From Sarea resinae (taxonomy: Eukaryota): a DNA stretch of 64,000 bases. Of this stretch, positions 1 through 11,398 are shown piece after piece. The stretch covers positions 372,001 to 436,000 of the forward strand of contig JAPEUD010000012.1 in assembly GCA_026026165.1 (NCBI GenBank), written 5' to 3'. Each line of letters begins with the position of its first letter. Position 1 is the first letter of the stretch. Made by a program: the position numbers and the translations under genes. The notes below the pieces were generated by a model, which saw nothing but the letters and a program-made list of their open reading frames with translations, was not told the origin of the DNA and did not search any database.

Positions 1-1476
1 TAGAGCTTCTGCACAAGGAGCCGGCACAGTACCCTGGATGCAGCGGCACTCGATGTCTGGCTGACAACCTCAATGACCTCAAGGCACAGGTTGCGGCCAA
101 TCAAAAGGGAATTAATCTGATTAGCACCCTGATCGAGGATTATGGCGAGGAAGTTGTGCAATTCTATATGACCAGCATCCAGCAAAATGCCGAACTGAGT
201 GTCAGAAACTTACTGAAAGACGTGAGCAAAAGATTCGAGGGCCAGGACCTTTCGGCGATTGATTTCATGGACGATGGCAGTCCTATCCAGTTGAAAATTA
301 CAATTGATGCGGACAAGGGCGAGGCCATCTTTGATTTCGAGGGCACCGGACCTGAAGTCTATGGTTTGTCTTGATTCTCACCCGGCATGCTCCTTTTTTT
401 CTAATTCTGCTAGGCAACATCAACGCTCCAGAGGCTGTCACCTACTCGGCCATCATCTACTGCCTACGTTGTCTGATCTCGGAAGATATACCGCTTAACC
501 AAGGCTGTCTCAAGCCCATCGATGTCCGGATCCCCAAGAAGTCCTTCCTCTCTCCATCCGATAAGGCCGCCGTCGTAGGCGGTAACGTATTGACTGTGAG
601 TCTCCCATACCATTTTCAACCCCAGCCACACCGCAGCCACGCATGCTGACAATCCCAACCCGCCACTAGAGCCAACGTGTAACGGATGTAATCCTCCGAG
701 CCTTCAACGCCTGCGCCGCCTCGCAAGGCGACTGCAACAACCTGACGTTCGGATTCGGCGGCAAGTCGAGCGACTCGGAGTCGGAAGAAGAGATCCGCGG
801 CTTCGGCTACTACGAGACGATCGCGGGCGGGTCGGGCGCGGGCCCGACCTGGGCCGGGGCCCACGGCGTCCACACGCACATGACCAACACGCGCATCACC
901 GACGCCGAGGTCTTCGAGCGCCGCTACCCCGTCGTGCTCCGCCGCTTCTCGCTGCGGCCCGGCAGCGGCGGCCGCGGCACCCACCCCGGCGGCATGGGCG
1001 TCGTCCGCGATATCGAGTTCCGCCGCGACGTGCAGGTGTCGATCCTCAGCGAACGGCGCGTGTTCCGGCCGTATGGACTCGAGGGTGGCGGAGACGGCGA
1101 GGTCGGCGTGAATCTTTGGGCTCGGAAGGTCAAGTCTTCTACTTCTGCTGGTGAAGGTGGTGGCGTCAAGAAAGCCGGAGACGGAGACGAGTTCCGTCTG
1201 ATCAATCTGGGCGGCAAGAACACGGCTGCCATGGTCTGCGGCGAGCGCATCATCGTCATGACGCCCGGCGGAGGCGGCTGGGGCCATCCCGATGATGACG
1301 ACGACGACGATGACGACGATGCCGATACTGAAGGCGAGGGCGAGAGAAAAGACACAGACGCCATGAAAGCTAAGAACAAGAAGAGTAGCGCCAGGATAGA
1401 ACGACCGCGGGATCCACGACTCGCGTGGCGCGGTGGCAGCTTGGCGAGTCGTGTCTTTATGCAGGAGACGAACTGA
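1..1476 (+). CDS. OXP1: 5-oxoprolinase (hydantoinase B half), 5'-truncated; exons <1-363, 414-595, 670-1476
   Basis: Motifs [68 protein letters not shown] and TPGGGGWG. Introns 364-413 (GTTTGT..CTAAT..TAG) and 596-669 (GTGAGT..CTGAC..TAG) restore the frame. Confidence 0.96.
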
Positions 1477-1477
1477 T

Positions 1478-2408
1478 GTGATTTGATTTGATCGACTGGA
1501 TCGGACTGGAATGGACTGGACTGGGTTGTATCCGTCCAATTGGATGGGATGGGATGGGATGGGATGCTCGTTGGAGAGAAAGAGGTGGGAGGGGGATTTG
1601 CTTCTGGGTCGCAGGTCATCTACTTCAGGCTCTCTAGAATAGAAAAGCGCTATGGCATATTGAAATTCGAGCTCGAGTACAAGTGATGTTCACGTTTCAT
1701 GTGCATATCTATCTCATGGTCCAAGTCCGCGACAGTGACTGTGACGGTGACTGTATCTGTATCGTATCTGTCTGTTTCTACGTCAAAAGACTGTACTTAA
1801 TCTAATGTCATATAATTTAACGCAATATAACGTAAAGCAGTACAACTGTATCAGTATCGTGGATCTCGTATATTATTACAGACCGGAGGGTAAATGTAAT
1901 GTAGTCACTACCACATTTCCCTCCCCTATCCCCCCTATTCCCTATTACCTATCGCCTGTAGCCGATCCCCCTGTTCCATATCGCCCCTTTATGCCTTTCG
2001 TTTCCTTCCCGTACAAATTCCTAGCTACCTCGGGTAGGTAAGGTAGGTAGGTAAGCTGGGTAGGTGGGGTATGCAGCCAACCCAGCCACCCAGCCACCCA
2101 GCCGTCCTTCCTCCATTCATCCTACCTTTCTTCCTCTCGTATCGTAGCCCGGACACTCCGATCGAGCAGATTAGAGGGAGAGTGGAGCTGTCGATATTAA
2201 ACATACACGCGCGCGCGCGTGGGCGTCTGTGAGAGCCGAACCCGCTCCGGTAAGAAATGATGATGATTATAGAGTTCGTGTTGCCCGCGTCGCCGTGGCC
2301 GCATGCCATCCCGGATCCTAGCCTCTCAAGCCCGCCCGCCGAATGAATGGACGAACGAATAAATGAACGAACGAACGGATGAATGAATGTTTGAAAGAAT
2401 CAATCAAA
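1478..2408. repeat. Microsatellite-rich convergent intergenic spacer: (GATTT)n, (GGACT)n, (GGGAT)n, (AGGT)n, (CG)6, (GAAT/GAAC)n
   Basis: Read directly, e.g. 1478-1565, 2033-2062, 2206-2221 and 2340-2390. Confidence 0.85.
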
Positions 2409-5400
2409 TCACTGCGTCATAGCCCTGACAGCCTGCAGAAGCAAGCCGAACATGAGACCGCGGGCGACGTACCTAGTCTGCAGACAATCGAAGACGCGGC
2501 CCAGGGCCTCACCGCTCGCAGCGGCGCCCATGACACTGGTCAAGGCCTGCGGCAGGGCGCGCTCGACGAGCAATTTCCTGGCCTTGAGCCGCAAGCGCTC
2601 CTTTTCGTCGTCGGACAGCGGTGCCGGGAATTGCGCCTGCTCTTCCTCCGACGGCAGCGCGTTGAGCCGCACTTTTCGGATCAGCGCCGCCAGTCCGTCG
2701 TCCGACGTGTGCGCGTCCAGGACCGAGTCCTGCAGGAGCACGCGGATCGACTCGAGGTTCGGGTTGCCGGGCCGCAGAAGGAATGTCTTTGCTGCCGTGA
2801 GCAGCGTGCGGCGGATGTTCCACGCCGAGGAGAGTGTGTAGAGCTCGTTTATGATCGCAAAGAGAAGCTCGACTGCTACCTGAGTCTCGCGCTCTGTGAG
2901 GGGCTTTGCGGCTTTGCGGGTAGGAGGCGGGGCCGCTTCTAAGGGTGTCTTGATAGGCGCTGCTGGGAGTTCTGGTGTTGGGGACGCGGGCGGTGATGTC
3001 GGCGCTGGGGGAGATTTCGGTGCCGGAGGCGTTGCTGATGCGACGACTGGTGCGACAGGAGCTGCGGACGCTGCACGTGCCTCTCGTTCAGGGAGGGATT
3101 GATTGGGAATAGACCTCAGAGAGGAAATCGTTGTTGCACGACTAGGACATTGGAAGGCGGCGGATGGCACCTCAAAGGAAGCGCGAGAAGCTGACGTGTC
3201 GATAGATGACAACGATTTCTGAAAGTCGTCTTCACCGTCGTAATCATCGGGGATATCGCTCGGCGGCGGAGGAAGGTGGAGCTCTTGTTCCAGGTCCATG
3301 GTCTGGACGGATCTGGCCGGTACCGACGATCTCGAAGAAATGCTCGTGCGAGGCTGGGTCTCGGCCTCGGAACCACGACTAGAGCTCGGCCGGTGATCCA
3401 TAGCGGGTGCAGTCTTCAGCTGGCTCTTAGCTACGAAAGAGCTTCTGGAACTCTCCATACTCTCTCTGCCTTTCTGATAGCCCGAAGCAACGGAGCTTCG
3501 TCTCTCGGCAGATGTCAGGCTAGAATTCGAAGCTTGAGCAGTCTTGTTTGATCCGTTAGGATGGGGACTTGGCGCCTGCTTCTTCTGCGTCAGAGAGCCT
3601 ACCCCAAGCACTCCAGTCACGCCACCAAAGAGCGCCTTTCCGCCATCTGCCGCGCCCTTTGGCGCGCTGGAGAGAACATCTAGCATTCCTTTGCCCATAG
3701 TCTCGAATGCTGCTGGATTAGGCCAGCCTATGCCCGGAAAGCCTTTGGCGGATGCATTTGGAGACGCCTGCAATCCTTGGTCCTTCTCGAGAAATCTCCG
3801 CATGCCTTCGCTTTCCGCCAACTGACGGTAGTGCAGGGCATCACTCAGATACTTCTCCAATTCAGCCCGGAGTATCGGCTTCGTATGGCCTCTCCATTGG
3901 GGCAATGTGCTATGATGCTCTGTGAAGCCCGTCACACCAGAGACCACCGAGATGCGTCGCATTACTTCATGCAGAGTCTCAAAGTCGGCATATTTCCGCG
4001 CAATCATCCACCCTGGGTACTGAGTGGAAGCTGGCTCGATCTGAACAAGATAATCGACCACAGGCTTCGCGCGAAGTGTTGCCCTGTCTCCTGGAGCGGA
4101 GTCATCAATTATGGATATGTTCGCATTATGGAGAGTCGGAGATGCAGGCGCCGAGGCTGGAGGTGACAAAATGGGAGAAAGCTTTGGGGCGGATTGAGCT
4201 TCAAGTTGGTCGAAACTAGTAAAACTCGGCGTGTTTCTGGCAAGAGAGACAGAAGCCGAAGCATGATGTGTAGTGCTGCTATTGCTTCGAGACAAGTCCG
4301 ATGAAGAAGCCTGCGGAGAATATCGAACGGCGTGGTCTCCGTTCCTCTCGCTTTGAGACGAAGTTGGCGTACTAGTACCCTGAGTTGTACTTTCCGAAGC
4401 ATCGTCAACACTGATAGCCTGTGATTTCCGCCGTTCTCTGTCTCTTTTCGCGTCCTCTTCGGCAATCATCTCGCTGAGCCTCTTCGCTTCAAGCATCGCC
4501 TCTTCCATTGGGTCTTCAATCTTACTTGGTTGTCTCTGGTGACCTTTCTCCGAAGCGATAACAGGTTCCTTCGGCTCAGGGGCAAGCTTGGCACTTTCTT
4601 CATCAGCTGCTGCCTGTCTCTTCACATTCTCGAGCTCATGACCACTAGTTCCTCCCACTCCAGCATCGATCGCATTAATAAGCTCTGGTTCACCCTCCTC
4701 CAACAGGTATACAATCCATCCATTGATCCACTCTGGTTCTGAGCAGCTCTGGACCGTCATCTCTAGTACAACCCCGGCCAGTATCTCACGCAGAAACACT
4801 CGAGTGGGATCACATTCCCAAACCTTCGGGTCAAGGAAGCTCTGTAAGATATCTTCAGCAACCAACCTAAGCTTTTTTGACTGATGCTTCGTATCCAATA
4901 TGTTCGCCAAGTTGCTCTCAGGGTATCGTTCGAGGTATTCAGCAATGGCCTCGGCTGGCAATTTTGCCTCCGCAGGACCTTCTGAAAATGCAGTTGATAA
5001 TTCATTAAGAAAAACGATCATGATGGAAGAAGAATTCGTGAGAAAATCTAGTAATGTGTCGGCGGGTCTCTTTCGTGAGAGATGGGATGAGATACGCAGA
5101 ATGAAGCCGACTAGGGTTTGGCGGCAAGACCGGGGAAACAGCCGCTCCGTTGATAGAATTGGAGTATACCACCACCTGCACGGACATGATTAGAATTGAT
5201 TGTTGCTATATTCGGAGACACTTACTCAACATAATTGCGTATCAAGGCGTCTGTCAATTCTGTCAAAGCTGCGCTAGTAGAAGGCGAGAATGCCGAATAG
5301 TCCATGACTCTCTTCCCGACAGTAGTAGCAGAGGTATTAGCATCGGCGTCATCATCTTCTTCGCTTTCTTCGGCCTTCTGATGCTCCCGACAAATTAGGA

Positions 5401-5788
5401 GTCTCTCAACGATATCTAGCCCTCGCTCGTTGCCTCTCGTTTTAATGGCTCTATCACCTGCTCTTGCCGCTGGTACCTCCCAAGCCGCATGAAGTGCCAC
5501 TCCTCCAACAACGCCAATGAGTAGGAGCCCAAATCGACCCAAGACCAAATACGTTGTAGCGCCCAGACCCACGAGACATGCCCCCAATGTTCCGTTGCTG
5601 GCATTAGCTAGAAATTCGAGACCTCGATCGACTAAACTCTGGGCGTTTGCGAGAGCTGACTTCGACGGACCAGACGAATCCTTGGTTGCATCGCCTGAAC
5701 TGTTCTGTCGCTCCTCATCTTTCGGGGTGTCCTGATCGCCATTCATCGTATCCAATGAACCCTTTGGGTCTTGATTATCGTGCTCCAT
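2409..5788 (-). CDS. PXA-PX-nexin C (Mdm1/Nvj3/SNX-RGS-like) membrane-tether protein, ~1109 aa; exons 5788-5226, 5175-2409
   Basis: N-terminal TM hairpin (LGACLVGLGATTYLVLGRFGLLLIGVVGG), PXA start (IRNYVEWWYTPI after splicing 5176-5225), PX core (WMIARKYADFETLHE), C-terminal PXC-like helices. The start ATG is uncertain (5788 or the next in-frame ATG, MNGDQ). Confidence 0.85.
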
Positions 5789-6052
5789 GCCGCGACCGTT
5801 GACATAGCCTGATGATTCGACTTGCAATATCAACCTGAGCCTCTCTTCGTCGGCCTCAACCTTGTCGACTATCTCAAACGGCTTGTGATCATCTCGAGGG
5901 GTGCCTGAGCTTTGTTTTGAACTAAGGAGCGTATCCCTGGAGTACACTCAGGAGTTCGTGATGCGCCGGAAGTTGCCGTCACGGAGACAAGCATTCCCAT
6001 GTTTAGACAACTATTTTCGATGGGGACGCTCTTGCAATTAAGAAACAAAGCA

Positions 6053-7008
6053 ATGTCTCTCTGCGTGGTTTGTCAACAGCCTCTGGTGGTGTCGATTCAG
6101 CCAGATGAAGAAGAAGAGGACTTCAATATCGGTGGGTCGAGTGCTTCGACGGCAGCACTTACTACCGTGCCCGACGATGTAGAGCTGACTTGCGGTTGCC
6201 ATTCTCATTGGTAAGTCAAGGAGCAACGATTGCACTATAGCTACGAGACGTTCTTGAATGGGAAAGGCACATCGAATTATCTATTCTGATGTGAGGGTGT
6301 TGGTGGCTGACCTCACTTGCAATTGCCTCACCGTCATATTTTTCTCTTGTATATGGGAGGTGCTTCAATTGCGCCAGTCGTACAGAATTGAAGCATTACT
6401 CTCGCTGACTTAATCCCAGGCAATGCCTCCTAGATGGCTGGAGCTCCGCTGAATGCCCCAATTGTTCTACACCCTTGATCTCTATCTCACCCCTCGGGGA
6501 ACAGCAGGTCCTCTGCACTCTCACCAACGAAGGCGGAGTACAGGAGAGCCTTGATATTCTGCCTCTCCTCCGGGAAGAAGTCTACATAAATGCCCATCCC
6601 CAGGAGCGCAGGAGCCGTGCATTTCTGGAGTTTTGCAGAGAAGGAGACATTGAAGCAATTGTAGATCTTTTGACAGACAACGAGGAAGAAGAAGAAGAAA
6701 GCCAGAAGATTGATCCTTTGAGGTATCAAGACCCCATTGGCAACATGAGCTCAGCTCTCCACGTTGCAATTCTGAATAAGAAGGTTGAGGTCATCTGGTT
6801 ATTGCTCTTGATCGCTTCGCACTTACCCATGGACCGATTCCCTCCAGAGGTTTTCCAAGCTGCGGAGCAATATGGGATCACTAGGGAGGATCAGTCGGGG
6901 AAAGAAGATATTCGACTTCTGAAAGATGCTGAGGGACGGACTGCGGAGATGGTAGCCGCTAACATTGGCTGGTATGAATGGGTTGGGACAGGCATACTGG
7001 CGATATGA
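6053..7008 (+). CDS. RING-like zinc finger plus ankyrin-like repeat protein, 248 aa; exons 6053-6210, 6420-7008
   Basis: Intron 6211-6419 (GTAAGT..CTGAC..CAG) joins CVVC..CGCHSHW to QC..CPNC. Ankyrin-like segments FLEFCREGDIEAIVDLL, SALHVAILNKKVEVIWLLL and DAEGRTAEMVA. Confidence 0.8.
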
Positions 7009-7570
7009 TTCGCGGCGAGATTTCATCATCGAGCAAGATCACTCCAGAGGGTGCGCTTCGGTTATCCCCGATTCATCGACTTTGAACAACGAAGATAATG
7101 TCAAGTTTTGGAAATGGTCAAGCTGGAGTCGCTTTCGCGACTGGCAGGCGATCGAACTCATTTCCTCGTCACCTGTCTTTAACAATGGAAACAGATTGGG
7201 CCTTTCTGATGAAATCCATAAATCTTTACGCTTGAAATTTGATCAAGGAGAAGGAGATTCGTTGGATCATTGTATATAACGCCTCAAAGGAAATAGAAAT
7301 AATGTATCCCTCTAAATTGCCGTTTCATAATGGCTGAAGCTTGAAAGGCATCTAAAGCAAAGAAGGAAGTTGGATTTCCGCGATCCGAGTGAATCCGGGC
7401 ACTCAAAGTAATTATGACCATGCCAGATGCAAAGAAGATCGCGTTTGCAAGAGCCCTTTTGGGCCTATAGCGAACGAGGCCGCTACCAAATATGGTATTG
7501 CTGGCCACCCGTATTAGCATAAAAGGTAGAGAAGAGCAGCAGCCAGCCCTTGAAGCTCATACTTTCTCGA

Positions 7571-8038
7571 CTACTGCTTTACATACTTCGTATGCGTGCC
7601 CGTGGCTACCACAGTATCGGCAGTGTAATCAACAATCTTGCGAATTGTCGCTGTTGTGAAAGCAATGGTGCCTCCGACCTTGCTGGCACGTCCCTCTACT
7701 TCAAGCCAGTCGCCCTCCTTGGCCCCAGACACATACTGAATGTGTATGTCTGTGCTGAGACCTGTCTTGTCACGGCCGTACGACGCAATGGCCATTGAGC
7801 CTGCCCAGTCGACCAAACAGGCAGAAATCGTGCCGTGGAGCGTGCCTTTGGAGTTGACATGGATGTGCTGCACCTGAATGCGGGCCTGCACATAGCCTCT
7901 TGCCGCGGAGAAGATGACGATGTCCTGTAATAGTAGATCGTAGAGGGGGCTTTTGCCCTTGGTGGTAACCCAGACTCGCTGGACGTGTTCTACCACCGAG
8001 TCGTCCATTGGTGGAGGGATCACGTTGCTCTCACCCAT
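7571..8038 (-). CDS. Hotdog-fold acyl-CoA thioesterase (PaaI/ACOT13-like), 155 aa
   Basis: HVNSKGTLHG..CLVDW, GLSTDIHIQYV, KVGGTIAFT and VATGTHTKYV motifs in a single exon. Confidence 0.9.
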   Translation of the reverse strand: MGESNVIPPPMDDSVVEHVQRVWVTTKGKSPLYDLLLQDIVIFSAARGYVQARIQVQHIHVNSKGTLHGTISACLVDWAGSMAIASYGRDKTGLSTDIHIQYVSGAKEGDWLEVEGRASKVGGTIAFTTATIRKIVDYTADTVVATGTHTKYVKQ

Positions 8039-8323
8039 TTCATGTGGAAATCAGGATGATATATATACCTAGACAGCCAAATGGAAATCCCTCGAGTAGC
8101 TGCACGGACATGCAATTCGTTCGCATGAAGGGATGCGCAAGTGGCGGAAAGCTTGCTTGTTGGTAAATCCTAGCATGGGAATCAACACTGAGATCGATCA
8201 ACATATCCATGGATGGCTGCTCGAATTGTCACGTCAGGTACTATATGTACTGGCGTCCCCGTATAATCCATCATCGCTGATCAGCTCCCCAGCAAGAAAG
8301 GGCCGAGGGTCGAGAGCAGTGAG

Positions 8324-8380
8324 AAACCCTATCTAAGCGAACAAAAGACCGTCCCAGCCCTACTTGTGTGGCTTAGTCAT
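8324..8380 (+). promoter_or_regulatory. Putative ribosomal-protein promoter elements (Homol-E-like ACCCTA/GCCCTA; Homol-D-like TGTGGCT)
   Basis: AAACCCTA 8324-8331, AGCCCTA 8356-8362 and TGTGGCTTAGTCAT 8367-8380 lie 100-150 bp upstream of RPL19. They resemble known ascomycete RP-promoter boxes. Confidence 0.4.
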
Positions 8381-8478
8381 ACAACGACCGACTCCTCACC
8401 TTCAATTTCGTCAACGACGCGATAAGCCAGCGACATCCCCGACACGGCCATCGACGACGACGACGACAATTTATCAAG

Positions 8479-9393
8479 ATGTAAGATTCCACCTGCTTGC
8501 CTCATCTCTCCTTGTGGCTCTGTTATGCAACCGGGATTCCATGGGCTGCTCTTCGGGCCTGATCGCGTTATCTGAACACCTTCGAACCTGCAGTCCATCG
8601 AAAACTATCCTCAGTGATCCGGGCTAATATTCTCAACTTTCTCATCAGGGTCAACCTCCGTACTCAGAAGCGCCTCGCCGCCTCCGTGGTTGGCTGCGGC
8701 AAGCGCAAGATCTGGCTGGATCCCAATGAAGTGAACGAGATCTCCAACGCCAACTCCCGTCAAACCATCCGCAAACTCGTCTCCGATGGCCTCATCATCC
8801 GCAAGCCGGTCACCATGCACTCGCGTGCTCGCGCTCGGTCTCTGACTGAGGCACGACGGATCGGCCGCCACCGTGGTTTCGGTAAGAGAAAGGGTACCAA
8901 GGACGCTCGCATGCCAAGGTAGGGACGAATCTATTCAGCGGGAACTCTTGCCGTAGTGCAATTGGAACCACCAAATAAGGCCAATATATTAACGTCGACA
9001 CCCTTTATAGCCAAATCGTTTGGATGCGTCGCCTCCGCGTTCTCCGTCGTCTTCTTGTCAAGTATCGCGCCAGCGGAAAGATCGATAAGCACCTCTACCA
9101 CGAGCTTTACCACCTTAGCAAGGGAAACACCTTCAAGCACAAGCGTGCATTGGTTGAGCACGTAAGCTTGATCATCTTCTTATGGTATGCTATCTTCGCT
9201 ACTTGAGGCTAACCATCTCGAACAGATCCACCGCGCCAAGGCCGAGGCCCAACGTGAGAAGGTCCTCAAGGACGAGATGGACGCCAAGCGTGCGAAGACC
9301 AAGGCTGCCCGGGAGCGGAGACAGGAGCGTGTCACGGCGAAGAGAAATGCTCTGGTCGGCGGAGAGGAGGAGGAGGAGGAGTCGAAGGAGTAA
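8479..9393 (+). CDS. RPL19: 60S ribosomal protein eL19, 196 aa; exons 8479-8480, 8649-8918, 9011-9161, 9226-9393
   Basis: [56 protein letters not shown]. Three canonical introns; the start codon is split AT|G. Confidence 0.98.
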
Positions 9394-11398
9394 ATGTTGT
9401 TGAATGTGGTTTCGGTGGTTTCAAGCTTTGGACCTGGCGATTCGACGGGCGAATGACACTACTCTGTTCGATGGCTTCTATGTGCAGAGGGTTTCATATT
9501 TTCCATGCTAATCGCGGATCAATGACATGAGATTTCGGTTTACTACTGACTTTGAAGTGCTGAATCGCCCATGTATCGTCTCGAACGCGGCTTTCCTTAC
9601 CAACTATGACGCCTGGGCTGTAACTTCTAATAGCGTGCAGCTCATCCCACAGCTTCTGCCCGTCCGTGTCTAATAATGTAACAACCACGTGCGCGTGTCC
9701 TTCTGCCGAGTCTGATAGTGTTTACACATGGTGATGGAGGTCTGTCTGCATCAAGTCTCACGTAGTGCACATTGAGGCATCCACTGCTACCATCTACCTC
9801 TCGTGGCGGTGCTATTATTTCATATTGCAGAGTTCTGGTGGCATCTAAGAGTTGCGGCGTACATCATACGTGCCTCAACTTACGTATGTGATGTATAAAG
9901 AATCACATCGAGATTAGGTATTTTCCACTAAGAAACAAAGCCGTCTTCCCTCGCTGCAGTAGTCCATCGGAGCCACTGGACATGTCATCCAGCTTCAATG
10001 GGGAGCACCTCATCTCAAGCATAGGTAGGTAAGACTTCCCCGTTCGAGCTACTTAGGTAGAGGATCATCACTTCATCAGCAAGAGCCCGCTTGAGGACGA
10101 GGGCGGCCGTCAGATGAAGGGGCCGAGGGCAGGGTACAGATGCCTTAGTGAGGGAAAAGCCGAGGGGCCCGAGCCGAACGAAGACAGCTACTCATAGTAT
10201 GCGGTGCCCTGCATGCGACTAAGCTCCTACGGGGGAGGGGGCAGTCAGTGATCTGATGGGTGTCATTGATCGATTGATGTCGCCAGTGGCCCACCTTGCC
10301 TGCAGCACCGTACTATGAGTATACTTCGCTGTAGGCCCCTCCTCCACCTGCAGTCGGCCGGTCATAAGCCAACGGGCAGATGCCATCCAAGCCACTACCT
10401 TGCTGATGCTCTCCCTCCTTGAATGGAGGCTGCATCAACCAGAGGAGTAGAGAGTACGGTCGAATCCAGATACCTCCCGTATCTGTACTTGCCGCCGCGG
10501 CATAAGCCGGGACAGTCCCCAAACCGACTTCCTGATATCCATGCCCAATTTGCTCATTGATCACCGTGGAGAACTTCATCCTCTGTCAAACTCTCGTCTC
10601 TCTGAAGGATCGCTGCCGATGCCAATTGATCGACGACTGATCCGTCGTCCGAGGCGCAGGTCGTCGTCATGTATCTCAATATGAACTTCAGCTCTGGTAG
10701 GTGACTCTCGTCTTCTCCTTTTCTCTGTTGCCCGTCCTGGATTGGGAATACCGAAGTACAAACGGTCCCCACGTGGAGATGGAGTCTCACACCACCCATG
10801 GATCCAATAGCATTCTCCTAAAGATGGATGAGAATGCTGCTGCTCGCCCATGAACTTCAACATATGTCGAAATCCTCCTGGTTGATGTTGCCCCTTCCTG
10901 GCGAAATCAATTGGATCATCTTTGTATGATGTCAGTTGTCTCTCACGAATGGGATACCGATCTCTTGGCGCTCACCACGCAGAGGAGATTGTATCGCATC
11001 TTCAGTGCCAAGTCTGCGTGTTGATCTGAGTTTTCCTTATGTCCAAGCTCAAGAGTCGAATTCCATTCTAGATCGAGATTTAATTGGGTGTCAATTGGAC
11101 CAGCACGATGGGCCTTTCCGTTTCCGTTGCACTTTCCTATCCCGGGTTTCGATGAGGATTTGTAAACAAGATGGCTACCCTTCACCATTCGAGAGGCTCT
11201 CTGCGCGATTGCAACGCCATCATTCTTCTGTTATGCCTACTCTGTTCGCTCCATTACTTCATGTTCTTTCATTTTAATTCTCCCTCTGCTTGATCAGCTC
11301 ATCTTACATTCATTTGATATCGTGCCTTGTGGATCTGGCTCGCTTTACATTCATTCCTCTGCCCTCTTTTCCTTGTTTTCTCTACCGCCTCATCAGTC

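Noticed and set aside
616..1619. Long antisense ORFs (307 and 231 aa) over OXP1; similar ones over the permease (38941-39630) and NIPA (34965-35639) genes, plus same-strand shifted-frame ORFs over the SET gene
   Set aside because: Shadow ORFs caused by high GC3 in the real genes; no recognisable motifs.
10313..10920. Two minus-strand ORFs (95 and 88 aa) joined by an ATGA stop/start overlap, reminiscent of victorivirus reinitiation or a decayed gene
   Set aside because: No viral, transposon or enzyme motifs recognised in any frame, and a 4-nt overlap arises easily by chance. A tBLASTx search would settle it.
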